Source: Octopus vulgaris
Taxonomy: Eukaryota
Reading direction: 5' to 3'
Assembly (NCBI GenBank): GCA_951406725.2
Contig: OX597819.1
Span: 2,108,001 to 2,172,000, forward strand
DNA: 64,000 nucleotides
Shown one piece after another: positions 12,931-29,983 of the stretch. Every line of letters starts with the position of its first letter. Positions within the stretch are counted from its first letter, which is position 1. Below the pieces are notes generated by a model. The model was not told the origin of the DNA. It searched no databases and saw only the letters and a program-made list of their open reading frames with translations. The translations under genes and the position numbers were made by a program.

Positions 12931-13340
12931 GGGGTGGCTGTGTGGTAAGTAGCTTGCTTACGAACCACATGGTACCGAGTTCAGTCCCACTGCGTGGCAC
13001 CTTGGGCGAGTGTCTTATATTATAGACTCGGCCGACCAAAGCCTTGTGAGTGAATTTGGTAGACGGAAACTGAAAGAAGCCCGTTGTATATATGTATATT
13101 TATGTATGTGTTTGTATAAGTTTGCGTGTCTGTGTTTGTCCCCGTAACATCGCTTGACAACCGATGCTGGTGTGTTTACGTCCCCGTAACTTAGCGGTTC
13201 GGCAAAAGAGGACCTATAGAATAAGTACTAGGCTTATAAAGCTTAAGTCCTGGGGTCGATTTTCTCGACTAAAGGCGGTGCTCCAGCATGGCCGCAGTCA
13301 AATGACTGAAGCAAGTAATAGAGATAAAGAGAAAAGAGAT
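12931..13340 (+). mobile_element. Complete tRNA-type SINE (family B)
   Basis: gtggctgtgtggtaag A-box, gagttcagtccc B-box, accttgggcgagtg CORE-like block, internal (TG)-rich tract, cagcatggccgcagtcaaatgactgaa tail. Confidence 0.85.
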
Positions 13341-14108
13341 GAAACCATTTCTTCGACAGCAATTCAAAATAATGAGTTTGTGGAAAATAAGAAATATATT
13401 AGCCTTTGTTATCAAAGATTACAGTAATAAGTAGTATAAATATGGGATCCATAGATTGTGACATTATAAAATCAAGAAATAATACCCAAGAACTGACGGA
13501 ATTCATGCCTTGGTAAATATTCTTAATTCAGCTTCTTGGAACATTGAAGTTTTTGTACCATAGAAAGCTGGTGAAGAAAAATTAGACGAATTCTATTAAG
13601 AGTTTTTTCATAAAATTCGTCAACGACATCCTGCATTATGTTGAAAATATTGCTCGATATCACTAAAGATCCCAGCAAGTGTATAAAAGTCTTAAAATAT
13701 GGTTAATAGCGTCGTCAGAAAGGGGATTTTCGATTATGAACATTATATAATTCGTTAAAAGAAATTCCGCTTAAGTATAAAATACGTGACAAATCTTGTG
13801 GTAATTAATTTGATCGTCTCTCATTGAATTTGTGAGGTGGTACGGTTCCTGTTAAAATATGGTCGTGGAAAAAAAATCTCAGAGCTGCCGACATGAAGGA
13901 TAAATACGATGAAAATCATGCTACAATACGGAAATATTTGACGATGATGGTAAATAAATGTATCTTATGATAAAAAAAGATTTTGTCTCTTGTTTATTTA
14001 CTTGTATGTTGCTTTCTGTCTCGTTATTCCATCTAAATTTAGAAACGTAAAAACAGAAGGGATTCGATTGAGTACCAAATAATTTGAATCTCACATTTGT
14101 TATATATA

Positions 14109-14761
14109 CAGGGTAGCCATAAAGTCACCATCATGCAACATATGAAATTACTAACATTCTCTTTTTTTTTTATCTCTTTTCACAATTGTTGATATTACTC
14201 CCAGACCAATCCTAATTGAATGGAGGTTGATAATCAACAAAGCGAGGACATGGTAATAGTGTGATGTGAGATTTGGCACAATCAAGTAATTGGACCATTT
14301 TATTCTGTAACAGGTGATTCGTATCTGAAAATTCGTATCAGACAGGGGAAATCTTGTCTGGTTTTAGCAGGATGGAGCTCGCCCCATCATGCATGACAGG
14401 TTCGCGATTTCCTGAAAGAATATTTTCCAGGGAGATGGCTCGGATGTTGAGGGCCAATTGAATTGGCAGCACCGTCACCAGATTTAACCCCCTTGGACGT
14501 TTTCTTCTGCAGCTACATTAAATCCCATCTGTATTCTGAAAAGATTCGTGACCAAAGACATCTTCAAAGAATTATTGAAGCGTGTGAACAAGTCAACGGC
14601 AATGAAGAGCTATTTGAGAGGGTTCATTGTAATTTCAAATTCTGTATGAACTCTTGTTTAGAGCTGAATGGTCAACACTTCGAACATTTGTAATGGATTA
14701 CCTACTTCATTGCTAATAAAGTATACTTGATATCTTCTGTGGCGCGTGACATTGTGGTCAC

Positions 14762-14765
<4 letters not shown>
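14109..14765 (+). mobile_element. Internally deleted Tc1/mariner element
   Basis: Imperfect TIRs cagggtagccataaagtcac / gtgacattgtggtcactctg, TA flanks, ORF 14463-14693 APSPDLTPLDVFFCSYIK. Confidence 0.8.
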
Positions 14766-14828
<63 letters not shown>

Positions 14829-14956
14829 TCATACATACATACATAGTTACCATTCCCGAACTGGCCACTGGTTACACACACACACACACATATGTATATA
14901 TGTATAATATGTATGTGTGTGTATGTGTGTGCGTATATATATACATATATTATGCT

Positions 14957-15260
<304 letters not shown>

Positions 15261-16039
15261 TATCGGACATTTTTACGTTTACCAACGTCAGTCGCAAGGT
15301 GGATTCGGAGATATAATAGAAAAAACTCGAAAAGTCGCATAGTGGGACTGAAACGCAAACCAGGTGGTTGCGGAGCAATCTTCTGAACCAAACTAGTGAT
15401 ATTTAAGGTAAAGTTCTTCTAAAGTAGACATCATGTAAATTGAAAATGAGGTGTGGAAATGGACGTAAGAAAGACAGAAAACCGTTTACACTTTACTTTC
15501 TATTGCGATACTTTGAGGTTAAAATTCGTTCTTCAAGAAAAAAAAGGATGATACCGAGGTGGTTTCATTTACTCAAATATTTAAGAGGAGTCTGTGACAC
15601 TCGTAGAATGGCATTGTTTAAATAGCTAACATGCGTCATCTAATTCTCGTTTAATTTTGTTAGATGTCTTTGTATGATCTACTTCATCCGCAGATTACCG
15701 ATATTGCACTCTGTTGTCTTTATGGTAAACAAAGGCGTGCATATGATTTTTTATCCAAGTTTCTTAATGATGTGTTTTTGTACACGGAGCAATTATGTAC
15801 CTTTCGGATAGAGCTTCCAATATAGGAACCGCAAGACATAGTGCATCTTATTTGGTACACTATGTAAACCCTTGAATACATGTCTATAATATTGATGGGT
15901 CGTTAGCTAACGTGTACACCTCGTTGCTATATGTTAGTCGGTTTTGAAAACAGAAATTTTCTCAGCGAGCAATAAGATTGCTCTACTTGTTCAGTGTCCG
16001 CAAAATGAAAAACAAAAGTGTGTAAATTTACTTTTATCA

Positions 16040-16560
16040 TATACAATGACATACTGATCCTAACTGAAAACTCTGTGCAGTCCATCCTTCACATGGATAT
16101 CGAACAGTGTACACGCTCAGTTTCGATAGGAACTTCAGCTGTAAATCTCTGTCGAAACATTCTTTAGACAACCAGCTGTTGTATTTTATATCTAGAACAG
16201 TAATTCCATTGAAATAATTACTCTCACTTCACAGATAGTAGGACTACTCAATCTGCATTTGTGAGATTTCTTAACCTCGCACAGAATAACTTTATGGCCT
16301 ATAATGGCAAGAGACAAGTACAAGTGTTAAAACAGGCTAAGCTTACAATGTGTTATATGCGCACTGTGTCTCACAAACTTGCATTTGAGGTCCTCGATCA
16401 TATGTTACATGATCACAGAGGTAAAACAAACAGTATGGATGTGTTTCAGACTTGTTCTCTGGTGACTTCAGGCAAACTATGACAACCATTGCGAAGCATA
16501 CGTTTGTAACTTACTTGACAAGGATGACTGTAGAATACTACAGTTCGTATAACATCTTTC
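16040..16560 (+). pseudogene. Helitron Pif1-like helicase remnant
   Basis: SHKLAFEVLDHMLHDHRG (ORF 16261-16482) followed by GDFRQT in another frame. Confidence 0.65.
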
Positions 16561-16699
16561 CCGTTTTTCTAAGTTGTTAAGGAGCAAATCTTACTAAACG
16601 TGAATGAAGAAACAGCCAATTGCTCTCATGTTAAAAGTTATCGATGACGTTGCTAGAAAGCACATCTAAGCATGCGAGATTAATTACTGGATGATTAAT

Positions 16700-18980
16700 G
16701 CCTTCCTATCACAGCTATTAATCTAACATAACATCTAGGAGAAATCTGCAATGCATATGCTAATGAAATTGCAAAACGGAAGCAAGCCAGTTGGAAAACA
16801 AAACATCAACAATCTGCGACGCCATATTGGATGGTTAACCACGATAATAAAATGTAAGGAGAATAATGAATTCACACCTGACAAATTACATCTTATGCAA
16901 AAAATAACAAAACTCTAGGGCTACTCTTCACGCCAAGCTCTTGGAAAAAAGCTAATCATTTTCGAGCACGAACTCAGAACGCTGAGCGGAAAATTTCGTT
17001 ATCATAGAAAAAAATGTCAGAGTAAGCCAGCTTGAATCGGAAGTTTGCTTTCAATCTACAAGCAGATGAAGAAAAACATTACTGTTAAGAATAATTTTCA
17101 AGATGAGCTTTAATAATTCTAGTCTAAAATCTGGAACAAAAAGCGAATTTTCAACTACAGAATGCATTTTTGCTAAATACAATTAGGAAGGAATATTGTA
17201 ACGACACTAAAACATATACAATCGATTTTGAAATTTTCTCTATAGCAATAGAAAAACTATATTATGGTAAGGTATATTGAAGATAGCTGATAGTTGGATA
17301 CTGATCCAAGAGGCTGACCTTCTTCAGAATGCTTTTAATGCGTATATTTAAGAAACCTATGGGAGGTGAGATTGACACTCCAAATTGACTTGTTGTACAC
17401 AGACGAATCTTGCGAACAACAATGAAACGGCCATGCTGACAGTAAACTATTGGCCCATTGCTTGCATTAACATTGTGTACAAACTTTATACAAGCTCCCT
17501 CAGCCAATTCCTCCGGGATCATAGTGAGTCTAACAACATATTGATTAATGAACAGGCAGGTGAAAAGAAGGGAACACGGGTGAAGCTGAACGAACTTTAT
17601 AAACAATGTTCTGCTTCCCGATGTAAGAAAACACCGTAGAAACCTTATGATAGCGTAGGAAAGCATTCAACTCCATTCCCCTCATAGTTACTAAAGATTG
17701 TCTCTGCACTTTGCAAAAGTACCAGCCAACTCAATCGCTGTCATTGAGAGATTCGCGATTGGGCAACAATTCTTACACTTATAGCTCAAAATGAAACAGT
17801 CGTCTCCGATTTTATAAATATTTCAAAGAGCATAATCAAAGAAGATGGTCTTTCTCTAATTCTGTTTAATTTTGGCATTAAATCCGTTATAATTTATTTT
17901 ACAAAAATCTTATGGCTATATGCTAGAGTCTGCAAATGCTAAAGATAACAATGTAAACCATAATTTCTTGGTAGATGACATGAAGGTTTCTACTAAAAAT
18001 GTTTACCAGCGGTGGTGCCCCAGCATGGCCGTGGCCTTCGGGCTAAAACATTTTTAAGGATTTAAGGATTTAAGGAATGCTAAAAAACAGCTGAAGATAA
18101 TATTTTCAGCCGGCATAGGAATGGAATTTGGCCAAATCATGTATTAGTATTTGATCGTTGAGCGTGAGAAAACAGTCTCTCAAACCCAGAACCTGTTCAT
18201 CAACAGTCTGTCTATCCATTCTGTTCTACATAAAGTATGCTACAAATACCTTAGCATTTATGGGAATATATCATATTAAGGTATTATTACCGGGAAATAT
18301 TACACCAGACTTTTTAAAATATGGTCATTGGAGTTCTCTTACAAGACAATATCCCACAATGCATTTTCTTGCATTATCAATGCTCATCATAACATCTGCT
18401 TGACTGGTCGGTAGATGAAATCTACTCCGTAGACATTAAAAGCTTCAATACCTTGATATCAATCGGAAATCTTCACAGAAACAGTGATATCGACAGACTA
18501 TACTTAAGAGACGGAAGTAAAATCCTGAAATCAGAGCAGGCAGCTTTTGAATGTTGTATAGTATCTCACACAACACTTGCTAAACAACAGAAGCAAAAAC
18601 GCATTAATAGTGATGAAAAGCGAAGAGAATAGCATCTTACGAGTCGACAGTGAGCTCCTCACGGAGTACTCTCTTCCTGGCGATTACTCTGCAGCTCTGA
18701 AACAGCAGTACTAACACACCACGAAGACCTGGATGTGAAACGCTCAATATAACAAAAAGCAAAGAAGGATCATGCGTGGGTATTCTTTCATGCAACTTGA
18801 AGATGTTACTAATTTCGACATGAAATGCAATCTTACTTAAAGCTTCCAGGAAGCTCGTGGTGATGGGAAGAGATGCAACCGAAAATTTACCCGGCTATAC
18901 GAAAAGTCGGATAAATTTTAAGAATTTAAAAACTATACTATCTTCTTAGCCAAAAGCCCGCTTCTCTGCTTTTTTTAACA
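16700..18980 (+). mobile_element. Older decayed R4-clade LINE; SINE tail fragment inserted at ~18008-18075
   Basis: ORF 17385-17639 NYWPIACINIVYKLYTSSLSQFLRDH...EQAGEKKG and FLVDDMK near 17965 match the 9085-11660 element. Confidence 0.7.
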
Positions 18981-19007
18981 AAGATCAAACTGTAGTTTAC
19001 AATTTGA

Positions 19008-21912
<2,905 letters not shown>

Positions 21913-22269
21913 GTATGTATGTATGTATGCATGTATGTACACATACGCACACACACACACACACACACACATTTCTGTAAACCAACCTTCACCGTCACCA
22001 CTATCATCAACACCAAAATAATAATACTACCAAAATAATAATACTTCGACTAATTCTAATCACAGAAAGCTTCCTCCAGCCCCACTCTTTTACCCTTACA
22101 TCCTTACAGTTCATTCTTAAATCCAGGGAAATAGGACAATTTTTTTACTCTCGTAAAACAGTTCTTTCTTGGTGATACTTTTTTCATTACATATTTGTAA
22201 TAGATAACTAGTGAAAGCTGTCGCAGTTAAATTTAACCACAATTCATGTTTGGAAAGAAGCTGTCGAGT

Positions 22270-24197
22270 ACAACTGAATGAAAGTAGTGCGAAAAGAAAC
22301 CGTGGACGCATTGCACTGGATATTAAACTTGATGTTACAAAAAGCTACATTGCCAACAAAAACTGATTAAACCTTGCGCCATCTGCAGTGAAAATAATAC
22401 GTGACAATAGGAAATAAAGCCACGTGCTCTAGAAGCTACTCCTTTAACTGCGCGGACTTTATTTTTTTCATAGATCTAATGTAATGCTTAAAATGGAACA
22501 GCTCTTTAGTGTATTGATCGAGAATCAGATTCGACGTAACGAGAAGCACGATAATAATGAAAAAATTAAATAACTAAAAACTCAACAGTTTGTCCGTCGA
22601 TTTGAAGAAAAAGGGAAATGAAACTTCTAATGGTAAATGTTTTCTAGCTAGTAAAGCTTGTTTTGAAAGTTTAAGAGTTTGAATTTTGCACAGCATAAAA
22701 ATAACTGATAAAGCTGCCGGTGCTACTAATGATTTTGACAAGCTAATAATTAATAAAATGATTGTTAAAGGAGACTACATAGCAAAACTGAATACACTGT
22801 TGATGAAACTTCACTTTTCTGGAAGCTTGTGTGTGCCAGAATATTATTTCTCAAGAAAAAAAAAATCAACACCAGGATTTAAAACATCCAAAAATCGTCT
22901 GGCGCTTCTTCTGGATGGAAATGCCACGGGAGATATAAAATTTTACCCCACTAGTCATGTGTCAGTCCGAAAATTCAAGAGCTTGGTGTTCAAATAAGAA
23001 GGCATGGATGATTAAGAGCTTTTCCAATGAGTGGTTTGCAAGCATTTTTTGTATCACTGAAGAATGGTACAACGCCAGACATAGCAGAGCAGTTGGTTAT
23101 GTTACTTAACAACTATGTAAATCCATATGACGGATTTCCATACTTTTACTTAATTTCACTCTTAAGGTATAGCTTGATTCGATCCTATAGACATAGCATT
23201 TCTAACAAAACATTGATCCATTTAGATATCGCATGAAACCCTGCTGTGAACTTAAAAGAGCTTTCTGATAATATAAGAGTAGGATAGAGCCCCAGAATAC
23301 AACTTCTTTGCTGCAGCCAAAGGCGCAAAGTATGATAACCTTCAAGGTGTATTTTCTGCAATGAATTTTCGAACGACTTACGAAAACAATTAACAGGGGG
23401 ACTAAACCTACAGTTAGAGACTTCTGAGTAAAGTTCAACATTATGTATGCTATGGACAACATAGCTAAGTCATGGGATTTAGTAAAACACTCAGCTTTCG
23501 TGCATGGGAAAACATTGTCACACTATCCGTGATGACGTTGCAAGTTTTCCACAAGCAGAAAGTCTACATTAGCTTTGGAAAGATACTGTGACTCATGCAA
23601 ATGATGATTCGGAAATACCACCAACTCCACTTAAATTGTACGCAAATAATATTGCTAAAAGTTTGATACGTATAGAGAACGGTTTGCAGGTTATTGTTAA
23701 TAATATCCCTAATCATGAACGCTAAATAAAAATTACAAGGGTACTTTACAATGAACTCAGCTCCTACACTGAGCTGTGAAAAAAGATGATGCACTGTCAA
23801 TATCAATTTTGTTTAAGTTCTTCGCCCTTCAAGATGTTGATGATGAACAATAAGACAGATATCGTTCCTAAAACTCCACCACCATTCCATCACACAATAG
23901 CCAGCATCTTTGCTGAAAGGAACATATCCTATTACAACACTACGATTCTTATTTGTTCTCTAATAAGTACTCTACGACTCTACTACTATCTCAATGTATA
24001 CGTTTTGTACTGTGTTTGCTTAGAAATTGTTATTTTCATGCATAAACATAGAGATGTTGTTGTTTTTACAGTAGTAGTTGCCGCTGTTGTTATTGTATTT
24101 TGTTTGTTTGTAGGTTTTGTTTTCGGAAAAATATCGGACAAAATGCATTCTCACTTTATAACATGAAAATCAATGGGTAGGTTTGTTTTACGTTACG
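22270..24197 (+). pseudogene. Decayed pogo/Tigger-like transposon
   Basis: IALDIKLDV, PGFKTSKNRLALLLDGNATGDIK, PQNTTSLLQP motifs in broken frames. Confidence 0.7.
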
Positions 24198-25033
24198 GGA
24201 TCTCGCTCTCTCCCTCTCTTTTTCTCTCTCTTCCTCTGTCTCTCACCCTCTCTCTTTCTCTCTTTCCATATATCTATCTCTCTATCTATCTAAAAACAAA
24301 ATCTGTCGAAAGGATGGATTAACCTCGTGTAGGATCAATGAATATCTACCAACAGCAATACTGGATTGGTGTCCGGTGTCCTGAAAGACCACTGGGTATG
24401 AGGCACCCCTTAGCTTCAGTGAAGCTTATTTCTAGAAGGTCACTCTTATGTAAAGCCATTTACGAAGGGAATAGCATTGAACATTTTGGGGGATCTTTTG
24501 CTTGCATTTGACATCATAGCTCTCCCATATTATACGAAAGCTATAGAGAAACGCTTATCTCAATACTTTTGTAAAAATCGCACATGACCTAATGGTTAAG
24601 GAGCTTGTTCTGCAACTGCCAGGTTCTGGGTTCGACTCTATTGGGCAAGTCTTATTTTAGTCGATTCGATCTATACCTTGTGAGTGAAATTGAGTAAATA
24701 AAAGTATGGAAATCCGTTATATGGATTAACATAGTTATTTATTAACATAACCAAATGCATCAACGATTATTGGTATAGATGTGAATTTACAATCAGAGTA
24801 GAGGAGTTGCATGTTTCGAAGCAGTTCTCTATAGAAAATTGTCTTCTGGTTTATGGTTTACGGAGAGATGTTTTACGTCTGCAGGGGCCGCTAGTTCCTA
24901 TGATAGTAAATGTTTTGCCTTTTCGGTCCCAAATAACTGTTAAGTTTGTTATGCTTCTACTTAGCAAACGTTTTTCATAGGAACATTTCACCAATATTCC
25001 ATGTGTTCATATGTATGTATTCTTTAACGGAGA

Positions 25034-25066
<33 letters not shown>

Positions 25067-25067
<1 letters not shown>

Positions 25068-25320
25068 CACCGTGATCACGATGTTGCTACGCATCGCTGG
25101 TCACAATGCGCTTCGCATTGTTTTAGCCTTCAAATGACGCCACCCCGCTGGCTAAGCGAGCAGGCCAACAGAAGAAAGAGTGAGAGAAAGTTGTGGCGAA
25201 AGAATACGGCAGGGATCGCTACCACCCCCTGTCGGAGCCTCATGGAGCTTTAGGTGTTTTCGCTCAATAAACACTGCAAACGCGAGTCCGCTGCCCTAAC
25301 CACTGGGCCATTGCGCCTCC
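25067..25320 (-). mobile_element. tRNA-type SINE (separate family) in (TA)n
   Basis: Minus strand starts ggaggcgcaatggcccagtggttagggcagcggactcgcg (tRNA-like A-box head); bounded by TA repeats. Confidence 0.75.
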
Positions 25321-25373
<53 letters not shown>

Positions 25374-25374
25374 T

Positions 25375-26145
25375 ATATGAAAGAAGGTTTGAAAAAGCAA
25401 TTTTAAAAGATGTTTATTCACTCTTTTAGAAAAAGATTGTCAAAAGTAACATGTAAAATTTTGTTGTGTTAGGTACAGGTTGTCACAAAATATTACTATA
25501 CATATATACATTCTTTGATAATAATAAGAACATGTTAAAAACAATTTACAAGGGAAAATCTTGGGAAAATATTAAAAAGTTCATTAAAATATATATACAC
25601 AAAAGATTACAATATATATATACAAAAGATTACAATATATGTATATATAATTATAAGTTCAAAAAGGTTACATTTTAGTAGTATAGTTTTAACTGACCTG
25701 ATTCACCATATTACGATAATATGGTGAATCAGGTCAGTTAAAACTATACTACTAAAATGTAACATTTTTGAACTTATAATTTTCTGTGTATATATATATA
25801 CAGATACAATACCAATATTCCTCTGAACATTTTAATAATTCTTTCTATAAACTGTTTTTAACATTTTCTTAAGAATGTCTATATATATTGTAATCTTTTG
25901 TGTTCAATATTTTAATGAACTTGTTAAACTTTTTTTATATTTTCCCAAGATTTTCCCTTGTAAACTGTTTTTAACATGTTCTTATTACTATCAAAGAATG
26001 TATATATCGTAATATTTTGTGACAACCTGTACCTAACACAACAAAGCTTTTACCTGTTACTTTTGACAATCTTTTTCTAAAAAAGTGAAACCGGTCAAGT
26101 AAATAAACATCTTTTAAAATTGCATTTTCAAACCTTCTTTCATAT
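25375..26145. repeat. ~770-bp palindrome (foldback pLTR-like element)
   Basis: Centre at ~25715 with a 3-nt loop; inner ~65-bp arms near-perfect; outer arms diverged; right arm has GAAACCGGTC at 26087-26096. Confidence 0.9.
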
Positions 26146-26196
26146 ATAATTCCACTCGTGCGGTACCTTACAACTCCACTTTGTTATATATATATA

Positions 26197-27035
26197 TATA
26201 GTGTTTAAAAAAATTGATATCATTTTGCAATGTAATAAGTTTCCCAGTTCTTGTTCAAATGAGTTCAAATTTTAACAGCATGTGTAGAAACAGGTCTAAA
26301 ATGTTTGATATGTTTATCCTTCCAGGTATAGAAATGGCAATTACTGGAAGAGAAAAGGCGTTTTGTGTATTGGAGTATGCTCGAACAGTCGAACAAGACT
26401 GTGCAGCGTGCATTTGTGAGAGAGTTTTCTAAAAGGTCACCAACGGCAATGAAGATTTGAACATGGTACAAAGACTTAAAAGAAGAAGGCTGTCTGTGCA
26501 GGGCAAAAGGATGTGGACAGCCATTAACATCGGAAGAGACGGTGGAGTGGGTTCGACAAAAGCTTTTGCGAAGCCCCAAGAAGTTCATAAGAAGAACGAG
26601 TCTGGGAACTTAGATTCCTCAGACGACAATTTGGCACGTTCTGAGGAAACGCTCGCTAATGAAACACTACAAGCTGCATCTAGTTCATGCCATAACGGCA
26701 GATGACAAGCGGAAGTGCAAACAGGGGCTATGTGAAGGGCCTGGTCTAAATCCCACCTCTTCCGCACTGGAGACTGTTACCCAAGATGTGCTGCAGCGTG
26801 TTTGGGAGGAGCTGGACTACCAATTTGACGTATACCATGTCTCAGTCGGTGCGCATATTGAACATTTGTGAAGTCCTTCATGGAATCCACACACCGTTGA
26901 ATAATTTCTTACTCAAATTTTGAGGAATAAATCCTATGTTGCTCAACATTAAGCCTGTTTAGTTTCATTCTCTTTGACTATGAGTTTCCGTGATATTTAC
27001 ATCTCAAATGACACCAAATTCTTTGAAACACTCTG
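26197..27035 (+). mobile_element. Internally deleted Tc1/mariner element
   Basis: MAITGREKAFCVLEYART N-terminus and LQRVWEELDYQFDV..GAHIEHL C-terminus; imperfect TIRs; TA flanks. Confidence 0.8.
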
Positions 27036-27882
27036 TATATTTATCCAAGAGCAGCCTTTTCTCTGTTGTTTTAGGAACACCATGTCGCGGTGGGAGGTAA
27101 TACTCTGATGATTATATTGTTATATCCTCCAAAGAGAAGTGCCATCATCGGCATTTGCGGTTACATCATTTGATGCTAAGGGCTTCACTGTTTCTTTTTT
27201 TAGGAGATTTTTTGTAGTTATCTCCTGTTCTTGGATTGCAAGCGCAACCTTCGGATGTGACATGATGTAGATGTCACGAGTCCAAGAGAGTCCTTTTCAA
27301 GTTTATGGGAAAGATACTCTTACATAACCTTTTCTGTAATTTGCAGAGTGCTTCTCTTACGGTTTTTCTTGAGATGTTCTACCCCAGCTCTTCTGGGTTC
27401 GATTGAGAGTTCATCAGAAAGTGTTTCTTGAGATCTTCCCTACCTACACACAGGATGTTAGTCACTAAATAGATGCCGTTGTTTATGGTGGTTTTGTTTA
27501 TCAGATACTGTCTAGACAATATTTTACAGCACTCAAACGCCTTATGTACTGAACTTCAACCTCTCGCTCACTTTTCTTACAAGATAGATTCAATGTCATG
27601 TTTCTGCGAAAATTTGCGGTCAATGTCATGATCGTGCAGGTTTTAATATCTATAGAACGATACGCAGAAGTAACAGTCTCTCCCAAAATGCGTTACTTTG
27701 TGGCTATCTTAGGAATCCTGGAGTTTATTATAATTTTTATTATATATAGGTATGTATATCCTATCGGATGTAAAGTGTAATGTGTGTATGTGTATGTCCT
27801 AAGATATATACGTTTGACTGTCTGTCTATATATATGTATATATATATGCTTATCGCTAAATACCCTCACACATACATATATG

Positions 27883-27938
<56 letters not shown>

Positions 27939-28026
27939 GATATATTCACATATATGTATAAGCACATGTATACATATATAGAAACATACGCACATTGCAC
28001 CATACACACGCACATATATGTTTCTC

Positions 28027-28097
<71 letters not shown>

Positions 28098-28151
28098 GTA
28101 TGTATGCATGTATGTATGTATGTATGTATGTATGTATGTATGTATGTATGT

Positions 28152-28702
28152 CAGGTCACTTTCGAGTGCTACTGGTAACATGTAACCCAGTACAACCTGT
28201 TGCATGGTCGGGTCGTCGGCAACTAAACCGGCAACCCCACCAAGCTTGCTTGGTGAGGAGGGTGTTTATTGGACACCCTGCGGGATGAAAATTAAAACCC
28301 GTCAAAGGGCGGAGGAACTCTTGAGAGTAAACGGCCATCCAATAAATGTCTTAAGGATGTATCATGCGCGGGGACATAGAAATAATCGGACTGAATACCC
28401 GATCGCGCGGTTAAACCATTGGGAGTGAAGGACTCCTAGCCTTCGTTAGGGCATCCTTCTAGGAGAGGGTAACTCAGGTAACTGGGATAGCTCCGACATA
28501 AAACCTGCGGCTCAGTGGTTACCGATGATGTTGACTTGTTCTCCTTTCAGGATTATGGCTGCTGTTGCTTAGTGAGTGGGATTGACTCAGTGCACAACCT
28601 TTCCTCACTTTAAAAAAAATCTTCTTGCACAGGCATTGCACGATAACAACATTGATCAAGCTTCGTGCAATGGCCATACTCGATAACGAGGGGGCAGTCA
28701 CC
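28152..28702 (+). mobile_element. ~550-bp ORF-less retroposon, probably RTE-derived (5' UTR plus 3' end), in (ATGT)n
   Basis: gggcatccttctaggagagggtaactc resembles RTE 5' UTR motifs; hairpin caccaagc-tt-gcttggtg; (ATGT)n on both sides. Confidence 0.55.
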
Positions 28703-28729
28703 ATGTATGTATGTATGTATGTATGTATG

Positions 28730-28763
<34 letters not shown>

Positions 28764-28825
28764 TGTATGTATGTATGTGCGTGTGTGTGTGTATGTATGT
28801 ATGTATGTATGTATGTATGTATGTA

Positions 28826-28992
28826 TGTGTTTGTGTGTCTGTGTTTGTCTCCCACCATCGTTTGAGAACCGATGTTGATGTTTTAACTTCACCGTAACTT
28901 AGCGGTTCGGCAAAGACCGATAGAATAAGTACTACGCTTACAAAGAATAATTCCAGTGCTCCAGCATGGCCGCAGTCAATTGACTGAAACAA
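28826..28992 (+). mobile_element. SINE family B 3' half
   Basis: cgtaacttagcggttcggcaaa...cagcatggccgcagtcaa. Confidence 0.75.
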
Positions 28993-28998
28993 CTAAAA

Positions 28999-29088
<90 letters not shown>

Positions 29089-29099
29089 ATATATATGTA

Positions 29100-29654
29100 C
29101 AGGGTCAGGCAAAATGATCCGACACATTTGTAGGTTAAATAAAAGGCAAATGAAGTAAAGAAACAAAAAAGTGTTTTTATTTTTGAAAAGTATATATAAT
29201 GCCATTTTGTTTCATTATGTTTTAAAAATTAAATCAGTCAAATGGGATCCATTATTGTCCACACACTGTCGAAGGCGTTCACGAAAGTTGTCAATAACTC
29301 GGCGGGTCATTTCATGTGGAATGGCAGTAATTTCTTGACGAATTGCATCTTTAAGTTCTGGCGGTGCGAGGTCGGCCGGTTGATTTTTGTTTCAATGCAG
29401 ATCCAGTAGCTCTGAAGTTGGTAACCCATAACAAGATCGTGTTTCGAGCTGGTACGGGATCATGTCTACCAAGATTGAAGTGCAAACGGAACGCTCTTTG
29501 TGTTGCAGTTAGAGAATCGTTTGTTTTGATAAACGTTTCCACAATAAAAGCGCGATGCTCACCAGTCCAATTCATGGTAGCAACTGAAAAAGAAACGAAA
29601 AACAATGCCTTTTATTTAACCTACAAATGTGTCAGATCATTTTGCCGGACCCTG
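29100..29654 (-). mobile_element. Non-autonomous mariner-type element with ~49-bp TIRs
   Basis: TIR cagggtcaggcaaaatgatccgacacatttgtaggttaaataaaaggca with near-exact reverse complement; TA TSD; ORF MNWTGEHRAFIVETF...TQRAFRLHF...GRPRTART. Confidence 0.9.
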
Positions 29655-29716
<62 letters not shown>

Positions 29717-29721
29717 AAGGA

Positions 29722-29770
29722 GCTTCTACAGGACTAGAACTGTTTCATTCAAAAGAAATCATCAGGAAGC
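29722..29770 (-). ncRNA. HHR-like motif in a short element within (TA)n
   Basis: GCUUC CUGAUGA UUUC-UUUU-GAAU GAAACAG UU CUAGUC CUGUA GAAGC. Confidence 0.45.
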
Positions 29771-29875
29771 ACTGATTTAATTTACTCTGCTATGTATTGA
29801 GTACCTTATTTACTGTGGTTAACCCCGACTCAACCCGGGACCTACACACATATATATATGTATATATTTCCATGT

Positions 29876-29923
<48 letters not shown>

Positions 29924-29930
29924 ATCTATA

Positions 29931-29980
<50 letters not shown>

Positions 29981-29983
<3 letters not shown>

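Noticed and set aside
12931-13010. tRNA gene
   Set aside because: A/B-box head continues into a multi-copy SINE body; no convincing cloverleaf
24795-24970. Possible HHR (GAAACATGCA with GAAGCA/TGCTTC stem, minus strand)
   Set aside because: Core and cleavage triplet too degenerate
27693-28205. YIYI/MYVC/HTYI/LSIY ORFs here and at 36708-37183, 41353-41721 and 47858-50833
   Set aside because: Translations of microsatellites lacking stop codons
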